Shown here piece by piece: positions 18,968 to 30,073 of a stretch of 64,000 nucleotides of DNA (within the stretch, counting starts at the first letter, position 1; every line of letters starts with the position of its first letter). The notes under the pieces were generated by a model that was given only the letters and a program-made list of their open reading frames with translations, was not told the DNA's origin and ran no database searches. The position numbers and the translations under genes were made by a program. This stretch comes from Dehalococcoidia bacterium. Lineage in GTDB: Bacteria; Chloroflexota; Dehalococcoidia; Bin125. Where the stretch lies: the NCBI GenBank assembly GCA_963662615.2, contig CAXXSR010000001.1, forward strand, positions 1,568,001 through 1,632,000, given 5' to 3'.

Positions 18968-21900
18968 CAGCGACGCCCATTGACCAGCGCGTGCGCGACG
19001 CCGCCATCCGCGACCTGGACACGTCGATCTTTCTGCGGGCCGGGGCGGGCACGGGCAAGACGTCCGTGCTCGTGTGGCGGCTGGTGGAGGCGGTGCGGAC
19101 CGGTCGGGCGGAGCTGCGCGAGATCGTGGGGATCACGTTCACGGAGAAGGCGGCGGGCGAGCTGCGCGACCGCGTCCGGCGGGCGCTGTACGGCGCGCTG
19201 CAGGGCGCGGACGCCGCGGAAGCGGCGCGGCTGCGGGGGGCGATCGACCAAGTGGATGGGGCGCACGTCGAGACCATTCACGCGTTCGCGTCGGCGCTGC
19301 TGCGGGAGCGACCGCTGGAAGCGGGGCTGGATCCGAATTTCGCAGTGCTCGACGCGGTCAGCGAGCAGCTCGCCTTTGAGCAGGAATGGCAGGACTGGCT
19401 CTGGTTGGAGGAGGAGGGCAGCGCGCGCCCGCGCATTGAACGGTGCCTGCGGCTGGGGTTGCGACTCGATCAGCTGCGCGACCTGGCGCACAGCATCTCC
19501 GAGTTTCGCGACCTGGACCCGCGCCAACGCGCTGATCCCGTGCCGACGCCGCCGAGCGAGCATGCGCGCGCGTTGAGCGATGTCCGCGCCCTCGTGGAGG
19601 TGGCGGCGTCGGTCTCGCCGGCGGTACGGGGGCAGATGGAGCGCCTGCTGGACCGGCTGGAGAGGATGCGGGGGCTGTCGCCGCCGGGTCTGGAAGCCGA
19701 CATCGTGAACCTGGAGATCCCGCCGGCGCGGCTCGGGCGCGGCCAGGGTGAAGCTCGGATCCGGCTGGCCGAGGGTCTCCGCCAGTTCGGGGAGCGGCAC
19801 CAGGCGTACGCCGAGCGTGCCCGCGCGCAGGCGCTGGCGGACTTTATTGAGGTGGCATACGAGTTCGTCCAAGGGGCCGCTGCGCAACGGCGCCGCAGCG
19901 GGACGCTCAACTTCCAAGATCTCCTCATTGAAGCCCGCGACCTGCTGGTGCGCGACCCGCGCGTGCGCCACTACTTCCGCGATCGCTTCAAGTTCCTCTT
20001 CATTGACGAATTTCAGGACACCGACCCGCTGCAGGCCGAGATGGTGCTGTTGCTGGCGGCGCGCAACGATCCGGCCCACTGGCGGCAGGTGGAGCTGGCG
20101 CCGGGCCGACTGTTCATCGTGGGCGACCCGAAGCAGTCGATCTACCGTTTTCGCCGCGCGGACATCGACATCTACGCGGAGGTAGAGGAGCTGTTCCAGG
20201 CCGCCAATGAGCGCGACCCGGGCAGCGCGCGCGTTGACGTCTTGGAAGTGAACTTTCGCTCGCGGCCCGAGCTCCTGGCATGGCACAATCACGTCTTCGC
20301 GACGCTCATTCAGCGCCCGCCGGAGTTCCCCCGCGCCCAACCGAACTATCAGCGCCTCAGCGCCTTCCGCGAAGACGGCGGCGCGGCGGTGATCAATCTG
20401 CTCCCCAACACGGGCGTGGCCTGGCGGCGCGTGGAGGAGGCGCGAACGGCCGAGGCCGCGGCGATCGCCCGATTCATTGAGACCGTTGTCCACACGGACG
20501 AACTCCCGGTGGCAGTGCGCGACAAGGAGGCAGGGGACAAGACTCGCCGGGCGCGCTATCGCGACGTCTGCCTGTTGATTCGCAATCGCACCAACCTGGA
20601 CATCTACACCGCCGCGCTCGACACCGCGGCGATCCCCTACCACCTGGACAGCGGCCGCGGCTTCTTCCTCCAACAGGAGATTCGTGATGCGGCGGCCATC
20701 CTGACCGCCCTGGACGACCCGTCCGATGAGGTGGCGGTGGTAGCGGCGCTCAAGAGCGCGCCGTTCGCGGCATCCGACGCGGAGTTGCTGGAGTACGCGC
20801 AGGGGCGGGATGGCTCGCACGGCCGCTTCCTGCTGGCCGCCGAGGCCATGCCCGCAAGCTACGACGGGCCCCTGCGCGGGCCCATTGAGCTGCTGCGGCA
20901 ACTCGCCGGGGAGAAGGCGTCATTCTCGCTGCCGGCGTATGTGGACCACGTCCTGCGGACGACGCACCTGGTCGAGATTCAACTGGCGCGCGGCAGCCGC
21001 CAGCGCGCCGCCAACCTCCAGATCATCGTGCAGCGCGCCGCGGACTTCGCCGCCAACGACGTGGATTCCCTGCGCCCGTTCGTGCGCTGGCTGAGCACAC
21101 AGGCGCGAACGGATCTGGCGGAGGCGGAATCGCCGGTGACGGAGATCGATGAGGACGTGGTGCGCATCCTGACCATCCATCAGGCCAAGGGCCTGGAGTT
21201 TCCCATCGTGGTGCTGACCAAGATGGCGGCGGCGGTGGCGCCCGACCGCTCGATCGCCGTCGTCGATCGTGAAGAGGGCCGGCTCGATTTCCAAGTGGGG
21301 CCGCGCGCGCGCCGCTTCGCGACGCCCGGCTATGCCGCCGCCAGGCAGCGCCAATCCGTGTATGAGCAGTGTGAGGAGCGGCGGCTGCTCTACGTGGCGG
21401 CGACGCGGGCGCGGGACTGGCTGGTGCTCCCCGTCTACTTCACGGATCGGGCGCGCGGCTACCACGCCGACCTGGAGGAGGCGCTGCCGGGCTGGATGAG
21501 GCCGGACTACGAGGTGGAGGCGCCGGGCTCGCTGAACTACCGCGTTGAGCAGCTTCCGCCCGCTCCCAAGGTCGTGAAGGAGGAACGAGTGCCGGACGTC
21601 GCGGCGCTGCAAAAGAGCTGGGAGGCCAGCCACCGCGCCGCGCTGGCGGCCGGCAGGCCGACCCGGGAGTTCGTGGCGCCGTCGCGGCTGGGGAATGACG
21701 CGGCGAAGCAAGCGCGGGAGGTCGAGCCGAGCGACCGATCGAGCGGGCCGACGGACCGGACCATCGCGGCGGAGGACGGTCGCGCGCTCTCCACCACCGC
21801 GGCGGCCGATAGCCTCCTGCTGGGCCCGCTGCGCGGCGCCGACGAGTTGGACGGTCGCGCGCTCGGCACCGCGCTGCACGACGCGCTCTTCTTGGCGGAC

Positions 21901-22311
21901 TTTGACGATTGGGACGTAAGCGAGTGGCGTGCCCGCAAGCTGTGCACCGAGCGCGGCCTGAGCGGCCTCGTGGCGGACGTGATCTCGGACCTGCGCACGA
22001 CGTTCGGAAGCCCGCTGCTTGACCGAGTCCGCAGCGCCGAGCGTGTGGAGCGCGAGCTGCCGCTCGTTTCGGCGGACCCAGACCGCGTCGTGGAGGGGTA
22101 CGTTGACCTGGCATTCCTCCCGGGGCGGGAGGAGGGCTGGATCCTGGTGGATTACAAGAGCGCCCGCTCCCCCGGCCCCGAGGCCGTGGAGGGATACGAG
22201 CGGCAGGTTCGAGAGTACGTGCGCATGTTTCGGCAGACAGGGGCGCCGGTGGCGGCCGCGTACGTGCTCTTCACCGCCAGCGGCGACGCCCGCCCGGTCC
22301 CCATCGACTAG
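18964..22311 (+). CDS. addA: AddA-like UvrD helicase / RecB-type nuclease
   Basis: AGAGTGKT, TFTEKAA, DEFQD, VGDPKQSIYRFR, TIHQAKGLEF, YVAATRAR, GYVDL..VDYKS; ATGA-coupled to the upstream subunit. Confidence 0.9.
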   Translation: MTATPIDQRVRDAAIRDLDTSIFLRAGAGTGKTSVLVWRLVEAVRTGRAELREIVGITFTEKAAGELRDRVRRALYGALQGADAAEAARLRGAIDQVDGAHVETIHAFASALLRERPLEAGLDPNFAVLDAVSEQLAFEQEWQDWLWLEEEGSARPRIERCLRLGLRLDQLRDLAHSISEFRDLDPRQRADPVPTPPSEHARALSDVRALVEVAASVSPAVRGQMERLLDRLERMRGLSPPGLEADIVNLEIPPARLGRGQGEARIRLAEGLRQFGERHQAYAERARAQALADFIEVAYEFVQGAAAQRRRSGTLNFQDLLIEARDLLVRDPRVRHYFRDRFKFLFIDEFQDTDPLQAEMVLLLAARNDPAHWRQVELAPGRLFIVGDPKQSIYRFRRADIDIYAEVEELFQAANERDPGSARVDVLEVNFRSRPELLAWHNHVFATLIQRPPEFPRAQPNYQRLSAFREDGGAAVINLLPNTGVAWRRVEEARTAEAAAIARFIETVVHTDELPVAVRDKEAGDKTRRARYRDVCLLIRNRTNLDIYTAALDTAAIPYHLDSGRGFFLQQEIRDAAAILTALDDPSDEVAVVAALKSAPFAASDAELLEYAQGRDGSHGRFLLAAEAMPASYDGPLRGPIELLRQLAGEKASFSLPAYVDHVLRTTHLVEIQLARGSRQRAANLQIIVQRAADFAANDVDSLRPFVRWLSTQARTDLAEAESPVTEIDEDVVRILTIHQAKGLEFPIVVLTKMAAAVAPDRSIAVVDREEGRLDFQVGPRARRFATPGYAAARQRQSVYEQCEERRLLYVAATRARDWLVLPVYFTDRARGYHADLEEALPGWMRPDYEVEAPGSLNYRVEQLPPAPKVVKEERVPDVAALQKSWEASHRAALAAGRPTREFVAPSRLGNDAAKQAREVEPSDRSSGPTDRTIAAEDGRALSTTAAADSLLLGPLRGADELDGRALGTALHDALFLADFDDWDVSEWRARKLCTERGLSGLVADVISDLRTTFGSPLLDRVRSAERVERELPLVSADPDRVVEGYVDLAFLPGREEGWILVDYKSARSPGPEAVEGYERQVREYVRMFRQTGAPVAAAYVLFTASGDARPVPID

Positions 22312-22434
22312 GGCGGCGCTGGTCGCAGCGCTGGTCTCAGTCGCAGCCGCGTAGAATGGCGCGCGAGACGCACACTGTCGCGTGGGAGCGCAGGGCAGCG
22401 CAGGCGCGTTGGAGCGCAGGGAAGCGGAGGCGGC

Positions 22435-23992
22435 ATGACGGACCGCAGCGAGCAGGATCCTCGCGAGGACTTTCTCGGACGCCGCCGTCGCATTCGCGAG
22501 GAGATGGGAGGCCGCGAGCGGATTGAGCGACAGCACCGTCGCGGTCGGTTGACCGTGCGGGAGCGGATTGAGCGGCTGGCCGACGCGGGCTCCTTCTTGG
22601 AGATCGGCACGTTCGCGCGCTCCGAACGGCCCGAGGCCCGCGAGCGCACGCCCGGCGATGGCAAGGTAGGCGGCTGGGCCCGCGTTGAGGGGCGACCGCT
22701 GGCGGTGTGTGGCGACGACGTCACGGTGCTGCATGGGTCGTCATCCGTGGTGGGGCAGCGGCGGATGCGCCGCATCTACGAGCAGGCGCTGGAACAGGGC
22801 GTGCCGTACGTCTATTTCGGTGAAACCGGGGGCGCCCGCCTGCCCGACGCGCTGGGCTCCGAGGGGTTCAGCAAGATCCCCGCGGCGGTGACGGTTGGGC
22901 GCCGGGCCCGCCGTATCCCGCTGGCCACCGCGATCGTGGGGGAGTCGTTTGGCGCCTCCTCGTTTCACGCCGCCTTCTCCGACTTCGTAGTGCAGGTTCG
23001 GGGCAGCAGTATGGCGGTCTCGAGCCCCCGCGTGATCGAGATCGCGACCGGCGAGCAGGTGAGCTTCGAAGAGCTGGGCGGAGTGGACGTTCACCTGGAT
23101 GTGACGGGGCAGATCGACGCGGCCGCGGAGACGGAGGAGGAGGCGATCGCGCTGATCAAGCGGTTCCTGTCCTACCTGCCGGCGAACGCGTGGTCGTTGC
23201 CGCCGGCGCGGCCGTTCGAGACGACGGTGGCAGCGGACTCCGCGCTGGCGGAGTTGGTGCCCAGGCAGCGGAATCGCGCCTACGACATGCACAAGGTACT
23301 GGCGCGCCTGGTGGACGATGGCGAGCTGCTGGAGCTGAAGCCGCGCTTCGGGCGCAGCCTGATCACGGCGCTGGCTCGGATCGGCGGGAGGAGCGCCGGC
23401 ATCGTCGCCAGCAACCCCATGTACTACGCGGGCGCCCTCACGCCGGAAACGTGCGACAAGGCCACGGCGTTCCTCTGTCTCTGCGACGCGTTCAACATCC
23501 CCATCGTCTTTCTGCAGGACGTGCCCGGCTTCATTGTGGGAAAGGAGCCGGAGCACGCGCGTCTGCTGCACAAGGCGATCATGTTCATGGAAGCGCTGGC
23601 GCAGACAACGGTGCCCCGCATCACCGTGGTGCTGCGCAAGGCCTTCGGGCTAGCGTACTTCAGTCTCTCCGGCAATGGCACGGGAGGCGCCCTGATGACC
23701 GCTTGGCCTGGCGCCGAGATCTCATTCATGGATCCGGCGGTGGGATTGAACGTGGTGCACGCGGAGGAGATCGCACGGGCGGCCGATCCGGCGGGCGAAC
23801 GGGAGCGCCTGGCCGGCGAATGGGCAGCGGATGTGGAGCCCTACGGCGCCGCCGGCATCATGAACCTGGACGAGATCATTGACCCGGCGGACACGCGCGC
23901 GGTGCTGGTGGAGGCGATCCGGCGCTTCGAGGTCCAACCGCCCCCCAAAGGGGCAACTGAAGCCGCTGGCTTCCTGGCCGACCTGCTACTAG
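22435..23992 (+). CDS. Acyl-CoA carboxylase carboxyltransferase (beta) subunit; probable 1-nt frameshift near 23950
   Basis: GRLTVRERIERL, GGARLPD, LQDVPGF.VG motifs; removing one G from AAAGGGGCAA gives ...KGQLKPLASWPTCY* ending at 23992, abutting the tcuA stop. Confidence 0.85.
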
Positions 23993-25464
23993 GGCCTCGC
24001 CGCCGCTTCCCCCGCGATTCGGCCAAAGACGGCGCCGGACGTGAGGCCGGAGCCGCCGGCGTAGTTTTGATAGAAGAGCCCGCCCACCAGTTCGCCCGCG
24101 GCGTAGAGGCCGGGGATGGGGCGCTCCTCCGTGTCCAGGACCTGCGCGGTATGCTCGTCGATCTTGAGGCCGCCGAAGGTGAAGGTGATGCCGCAGGTGA
24201 CGGCGAAGCCGACGTAGGGCGGCTTGTCGAGCGGGAGCGCCCAGTTCGACTTCGGCGGCGCGATGCCCTCCGTGTGGACGCCGTCAAGAATTGAAGGATT
24301 GAACGGTCCCGGTCGGCAGGCCGCGTTGAAGTCGCTGATCGTGTGCGTGAGGCCCTCCACGTCGACGCCCAACTGGGCGGCCAGCTGCGGGATCGTCGCG
24401 GCCTCCACTTTCGTCACCTGGCGGATGCGATATTCGTCGCGCAGGAGCGGCACGGTCTTTTGGTCGAAGAGCTGAAACGCCACCCGATGCGGCTGCTCCA
24501 TGATGGCCCGCCCGTAGGGGACGTAGGTGTAGTTGCGGTAATCGGCGCCCTCGTCCAGGAAGCGCTCGCCCTCCAGGTTCACGATCAGGCCGTAGGGATA
24601 GGAGTGCTTTTGGTAGAGGTCGGCGATGGTGCGATTGCCGGTGGGAGGCGCGTTGAGGTCCCAGGCGACCGCGTGCGCCCCCGACCAATGCCCGTACGGC
24701 TGCGCACCGGCATCGACCGCGGCGCGAATGGCGTCGCCGGTGTTGAAGCGGCTGCCTCGCACTTTGGCCAGGTCCCAGCCGGGGCCCAAGTAGCGAGCAC
24801 GCATCTCGGCGTTGGCTTCGAAGCCGCCCGCGGCGACGATCACGGCATCGGCCGGCAGCGGCTTGTCGGCGTCGCCGTTGCGGACCATGACGCCAATGAC
24901 GCGGCGTCCGTCTCGCAGCAGGTCGGTCATCTTGCTCTCGTAGCGGATGTCGAGCCCGGCGGCCTCCGTCGCTTCGAAGAGGGCGTCGGCGAGCCCTTTG
25001 CCGGCACCCACCGCCTCCACGATGAGGGCGCCGTAGAAGACCAGCTTGCCATCTACGCTGTGCGCTTGACGCCCGGACATGAGCGCCCAGCGCACGCCCT
25101 GCTCGCGCAGCCAGGCCATCGTGGGGAACGCCTCCCGGACCAGGGTGGTGGCGAGGCCCTCGTCGATCAGGCCGTCGCTGACGCGGGCCAGGTCGTCGTG
25201 CATCGCCGCGGAGGAATACGCGCCCACATCAATGCCGGCCACCTCGGCGTCGCTGAGGTCCGGGATCAGCGCGCGGATCGTTTCAATGTCGTCATAGGGG
25301 AAACGGAAGCCGCCGCCGGTGAAGAACGTGTTGCCGCCACGCTCGTCGCGCGGCGCCTTCTCCAACACAGTGACGTGGGCGCCCCGTTCGCGTGCGGCGA
25401 GAGCGGCGCAGAGTGCTGCGTTGCCCGCCCCCACTACCACGACATGCCGCTGCTCGTCGCCCAC
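23989..25464 (-). CDS. tcuA: FAD-dependent tricarballylate dehydrogenase TcuA family protein
   Basis: VVVVGAGNAALCAAL, RGGNTFFTGG, YLGPGWDLAKVRG, GITFTFGGL, GLTSGAVFGR. Confidence 0.88.
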   Translation of the reverse strand: MGDEQRHVVVVGAGNAALCAALAARERGAHVTVLEKAPRDERGGNTFFTGGGFRFPYDDIETIRALIPDLSDAEVAGIDVGAYSSAAMHDDLARVSDGLIDEGLATTLVREAFPTMAWLREQGVRWALMSGRQAHSVDGKLVFYGALIVEAVGAGKGLADALFEATEAAGLDIRYESKMTDLLRDGRRVIGVMVRNGDADKPLPADAVIVAAGGFEANAEMRARYLGPGWDLAKVRGSRFNTGDAIRAAVDAGAQPYGHWSGAHAVAWDLNAPPTGNRTIADLYQKHSYPYGLIVNLEGERFLDEGADYRNYTYVPYGRAIMEQPHRVAFQLFDQKTVPLLRDEYRIRQVTKVEAATIPQLAAQLGVDVEGLTHTISDFNAACRPGPFNPSILDGVHTEGIAPPKSNWALPLDKPPYVGFAVTCGITFTFGGLKIDEHTAQVLDTEERPIPGLYAAGELVGGLFYQNYAGGSGLTSGAVFGRIAGEAAARP

Positions 25465-25485
25465 GATGTTTGCCTGCGCGGGGGG

Positions 25486-26487
25486 CTATTGGAGGGCGAA
25501 CGCTGGGTCCTTCGCTCGCGGCAGATGGTACCAGGCGTCATCGCACACGGCCAAGTCTTCCGCCGTCAGCGTGACCTCGACAGCCTTGAGTGAATCCTCG
25601 ATCTGTTCGCGACTGCTCGCGCCGACGATCGCGGAGATGATGCCGTCCTGGGCGAGCACCCAAGCGATGGCCGCCTGCGCGAGCGATACCCCACCGTGGT
25701 CGAAGTGCGACTTGAGTCGCTGCATCTGCTGAAACTGGGCCTCGTGCCAGTAGCGCCCCTGGTAGCGCGACGCCACCGTGCCCAGCGTAAAGCGGGTGCC
25801 TTGGCCGAGGTCATCCAGCGATTCGTACTTCCCGGTGAGAAAGCCGCCCGCCAGCGGGTTGAAGGCGATGACGCCCACGCCCTCCTTGCGGCATAGGGGA
25901 AGCAGTTCATCCTCAATCTGGCGGAAGAGGATGTTGTAGCGGGGCTGGTCGCACTGATACCGCACGAGGTCCAGCCGGTCACTGGCGCCCAGAGCGAGGG
26001 CGAGTTCCCAGGCCGCGTAATTTGAAGCGCCGATGTAGCGCACCTTGCCCCAGCGGACGAGGTCGTCGAACGCGCGCAACGTCTCCTCAATGGGCGTGGC
26101 CGGGTCGGGGAAATGCGTCTGATAAAGGTCCAAGTGGTCAGTGCGCAAGCGACGCAGGCTGCCGTCAACGGCGTTGAGAATGTGCGCCCGCGAGAGGCCG
26201 CGATCGTTGGGCGCGGGCCCCATGGCGCCGAAGCACTTTGTGGCCACGACAACCGAATCCCGCGGCCGCCCTTGGAGCCACTCTCCCACGATCTCTTCCG
26301 TGATGCCCACGTCGTGCGAGCCGCCGGGGTAGACGTCGGCGGTGTCCAGGAAGTTGACGCCGGCGTCCGCCGCCGCGTCGAGAATGGCGAACGCCTCGGT
26401 CTTATCGGCCTACAGGCCGAAGGTGATGGTCCCCAAGCAGATCTCGGAGACGCGCAGGCCCGAGCGGCCCATGTGGCGGTACTGCAT
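25486..26487 (-). pseudogene. Aldo/keto reductase with in-frame TAG at codon 26
   Basis: MQYRHMGRSGLRVSEICLGTITFGL*ADKTEAFAILDAAADAGVNFLDTADVY continues in frame into ORF 25486-26310; TAG at 26410-26412. Confidence 0.8.
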
Positions 26488-26662
26488 GCGGCGGCTCCTC
26501 CCCGTCGGCATGGTAGCGCCGGCGCTCCCACGGTCCACCCGCGCGACGCGGGCAGGGGGCGGAGCCCTTCGGCTCAGCGACTCCCAGCGCGGCCGTCTCA
26601 GCGGATTCAGGGCGGCGGTCGCGAGGTCGCGGCCGGAGTCGTCTGCCTGTATTCTCCACGTC

Positions 26663-27631
26663 ATGCATGTCCTCATAGCGACGGGGATGACGCTGCCGTC
26701 GGTTGGGGAGGCGGAACTGCAGCGCATCCGGAGCGCCGCCGGCGACGACGCCGAGGTCAGTGTCGCCGCGAGCCGTGGCGAGGCGCTGGAAGCGATATCC
26801 ACCGCCGAGGTGCTCTTCGGCGCGCTGGACCCGACGCTGTTCGCCGCGGCGAATTCCTTGCGCTGGGTCCAGGCCACGGCGTCCGGCGTGGACAAGTACC
26901 TGTTCCCCGAATTCAAGGCGAGTGACGCCGTCCTCACCGGCGAGAAAGGGCTGGTGGGAGGGCACTTGGCCGATCACGCCTTCGCGCTGCTGTTGGCGTT
27001 GACACGGAAGTTGGCGGAGGCGGTGCGGCTGGGCCCCCAATCCTGGGAGCAACGCTTGGAACTGCGACCGCAGGAGATTGAGCTGGAAGGCCTGACGATG
27101 GGCATCGTGGGGTTCGGCGGGACCGGCCGGGAGGTGGCGCGTCGGGCGACCGCTTTCGGGATGCACGGCCGGGCCGTGGACCGCGATGCGGTGCCGGGGA
27201 CGGCGGAGCTCCCGCTCGTGCAGTCGCTCAACAATCTGCCGCGCCTGCTAGCGCAGTCCGACGTCGTCACGATCTGCTGCCCGCTGACGCCGGCGACGCG
27301 CGGCCTGTTCAATGACGAGACGCTGGCCTTGATGAAGCCCACGGCGATCCTGATCAACGTCACGCGTGGCGAGATCGTGGATGGCGACGCGCTGGTGCGG
27401 GCGCTTCGAGAGGGCCGTCTGGCCGGCGCGGGCCTGGACGTGACGCCGGAGGAGCCGCTTCCGGCGGACCACCCCCTCTGGCAGTTCGACAACGTGGTCA
27501 TCACCCCGCACATCGCGGGAGCGAGCCAGCTGCGGGCGGGGCGGAACATTGAGAGGTTCTGCGAGAACCTGCGCCGCTATCGCCGCGGGCTGCCCCTCAT
27601 CGGCCTGGTGGACAAGGATCTGGGCTACTAA
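26663..27631 (+). CDS. D-isomer-specific 2-hydroxyacid dehydrogenase
   Basis: GIVGFGGTG, LINVTRG, GLDVTPEEPLP, TPHIAG; start MHVLIATG. Confidence 0.9.
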   Translation: MHVLIATGMTLPSVGEAELQRIRSAAGDDAEVSVAASRGEALEAISTAEVLFGALDPTLFAAANSLRWVQATASGVDKYLFPEFKASDAVLTGEKGLVGGHLADHAFALLLALTRKLAEAVRLGPQSWEQRLELRPQEIELEGLTMGIVGFGGTGREVARRATAFGMHGRAVDRDAVPGTAELPLVQSLNNLPRLLAQSDVVTICCPLTPATRGLFNDETLALMKPTAILINVTRGEIVDGDALVRALREGRLAGAGLDVTPEEPLPADHPLWQFDNVVITPHIAGASQLRAGRNIERFCENLRRYRRGLPLIGLVDKDLGY

Positions 27632-27982
27632 GGCGGCGTCGGCGCCACGAGCCCCGACCGCTCGTCCTGAGCTTGCTGATCCTCGGCTTGCCGACAGGTC
27701 AAAGGGCCCGGGCCACAACCTTCTTGCCCCGTACCCCGTGACCGTTCCTACAGGCAGCGGCTGCCCCCTTGCCCCGACCGCGCGGCCCTAGCGCTGCTCC
27801 GACGGACGAAGCGATCGCGTGGAGCCGGGCCCGCCCGCGGGGCCCAGGGATGGCGCTCGTGCTCGGCCTCACAACAGGTCCAGGACGAAGGCCCGCTCGT
27901 ATTCCTGGTGAGCGGGGCTGGTGAGGGAGGCCGGCGGCGGCGGCGCTGTCGGCGGTCGAAGAGCGCATCAGGAGGCAGAGGG

Positions 27983-28174
27983 ATGGGCTTGTTTACGGGT
28001 CTACGAAGAGCGATGCGGCGCGGGCCCTGCGACCACGCCAACATTGACCCGCATTGGAACCGGATTGAAGACGAGGGTCAGCAGGACCGGATTGACCACT
28101 ACATCTGCCCGCGCTGCGGAGCCCGGTTCCCAGAGAGGGCAGGAGCGTACCTCCTGGAGGGTCGGAAGCACTGA
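27983..28174 (+). CDS. Small putative zinc-binding protein (63 aa)
   Basis: SD-like GGAGG/GAGGG upstream; C-D-H ... CPRC ligand pattern. Confidence 0.6.
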   Translation: MGLFTGLRRAMRRGPCDHANIDPHWNRIEDEGQQDRIDHYICPRCGARFPERAGAYLLEGRKH

Positions 28175-28417
28175 CTCCACTGCGGCGCCGTGCGGCGCAT
28201 CCACTGCCTGCTAGGCCGGCGCGCCCATAGGAGGCGGGCAGTTGAGCGAGCCCCGCAAGGGGCGAGAAGAGCGGGCCGCGGCCCGCTCTTCGGTTGTAGC
28301 GGTCCCTCCTCCTCCCGCGTCAGTTCGATACGCTACCTTCTCCCAGGACTCATTCTCCAGGACTGGGCCCTGCCGGCTTAGCGCCGGCCGGCCTCTTTTC
28401 ACACGCGGGAGCAATGG

Positions 28418-30073
28418 ATGGCGGAGCTGAGCGGGGCACAGATCGTTGCCAAGTCCCTAAAGACGCAAGGCGTTGCGGAGGTGTTCGGGATCGTGGGGCT
28501 GCCGGTGGGGCCGGTCGCCAAGGCCCTGATCGACGAGGACATTCGCTTTGTGGGGACACGGCACGAGCAGGCAGCCGGCTACGCCGCTCAGGCGGCCTCC
28601 TACCTGCGCGGGCGCATCAGTGCGGCGCTGGTGGTCTCCGGTCCGGGCATGATGAACGCCGTGACGACCCTGGGGAATGCGGCGGCGAACTGCTGGCCCA
28701 TGCTGCTGATCGGCGGCTCCTCCAACTTGCGGCTGCTGGGCCGCGGCGACTTCCAGGCGGCGCCCCAGATGGACGCGGCGCGACTGTTCGTGAAGTGGGC
28801 CGAGCAGGCGCAGGACCCGCGTCAGATCCCCTTCCTTGTGTCCAGCGCCGTGCGGCAGGCGATCAGCGGCCGGCCGGGACCGGTCTACCTTGATCTCCCG
28901 GGCGACGTGATCGAGGCGACGGTGGACGAGGCGGACGTGAAGTGGGAGGCGCGGGTCCCGGACCCAACCCGGATTGAGGTGAGCGACGCCGCGGTCGCGG
29001 CAGCGATTGAGGCGCTGCGCAGCGCGGCGAACCCGCTCGTGATCATCGGCAAGGGCGCCGCCTGGGCGCGGGCCGAGGGCGAAATCCGCGAGTTCATTGA
29101 AAGGACGCAGCTGCCCTTCCTGGCGACGCCCATGGGCAAAGGGGTGGCGCCGGATGAGCATCCGCTCAACGCCGCCGCCGCGCGGACCTTCGCGCTGAAG
29201 AATACCGACTTGATCTTTCTCATTGGAGCCCGCCTCAACTGGATCCTGCACTTCGGGCTGCCGCCGCGGTTCCGGGAAGGGCTGCGCGTGATCCAGCTCG
29301 AAATTGAGGCCGAAGAGATCGGCGCCAACGTGCCCACCGAAGTGCCGCTGGTGGGCGACGCCAAGGCGGTCATGGCCCAGCTCAACGCGTATCTGGACGA
29401 GCGGCCCTGGCAGTTCGACGACGCGAGCGAGTGGGGGGCTTCGATCCGCGCCGAGACGGAGCGGAAGCATGACGAGAATGTGCCGCGCTTCGCTTCGGAC
29501 GAGTCGCCCATGAACTACTACCGCCCTCTCAAAGAGATCGAAGAGGCGCTGCCGCGCGATGCCATCGTCATCTCCGAGGGCGAGAACACGATGGCCATAG
29601 CGCGACAGGTGATCATGAGCTCCCACCCGCGGGCGCGCCTGGACGCCGGGACCTGGGGGACCATGGGCGTGGGTCCCGGATTTGCCCTCGCGGCGCAGCT
29701 GGTGCATCCCGATCGGCGGGTCGTGGCGCTGGAGGGCGACTCCGCGTTCGGCTTCGACGCGACCGACGTGGAAACCGCGGTGCGGCACCGGCTGCCGATC
29801 ACGTGGATCGTCTTCAACAACAACGGCATTGGGCGCGGCACGGCGACGCTGGACCCCGGCAGGCCCGTGCCGCCCAACGCGCTCTCGCCGGGCAGCCACT
29901 ACGAGCGAATCATCGAGTCGTTCGGCGGCAAGGGCTACTACTGCGCTTCGCCCGACGCGTTGAAGGCGGCCCTGGCGGACGCCTTCAAGCAGGAGGTTCC
30001 CACGCTGATCCATGTGGAACTGGACCCGAAGGCGGAGCGGCGCCAGCAGGAGTTCGTCTGGTGGAAGCGCTAG
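28418..30073 (+). CDS. TPP-dependent enzyme, oxalyl-CoA decarboxylase / 2-hydroxyacyl-CoA lyase family
   Basis: RHEQAAGYAA, GRPGPVYLDLP, RLDAGTWGTMGVG, EGDSAFGF...NNNG. Confidence 0.9.
   Translation: MAELSGAQIVAKSLKTQGVAEVFGIVGLPVGPVAKALIDEDIRFVGTRHEQAAGYAAQAASYLRGRISAALVVSGPGMMNAVTTLGNAAANCWPMLLIGGSSNLRLLGRGDFQAAPQMDAARLFVKWAEQAQDPRQIPFLVSSAVRQAISGRPGPVYLDLPGDVIEATVDEADVKWEARVPDPTRIEVSDAAVAAAIEALRSAANPLVIIGKGAAWARAEGEIREFIERTQLPFLATPMGKGVAPDEHPLNAAAARTFALKNTDLIFLIGARLNWILHFGLPPRFREGLRVIQLEIEAEEIGANVPTEVPLVGDAKAVMAQLNAYLDERPWQFDDASEWGASIRAETERKHDENVPRFASDESPMNYYRPLKEIEEALPRDAIVISEGENTMAIARQVIMSSHPRARLDAGTWGTMGVGPGFALAAQLVHPDRRVVALEGDSAFGFDATDVETAVRHRLPITWIVFNNNGIGRGTATLDPGRPVPPNALSPGSHYERIIESFGGKGYYCASPDALKAALADAFKQEVPTLIHVELDPKAERRQQEFVWWKR

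Noticed and set aside
3111-26412. Genome-wide stop-codon reassignment (in-frame TAG/TGA in several genes)
   Set aside because: TAG and TGA are used as normal stops by many intact genes here (e.g. 7547, 22311, 30073, 36986, 53841)
28240-28415. TPP riboswitch upstream of the TPP-dependent enzyme
   Set aside because: No CTGAGA or CCTGA...AGGGA consensus; only a CCAGGACT direct repeat and weak hairpins
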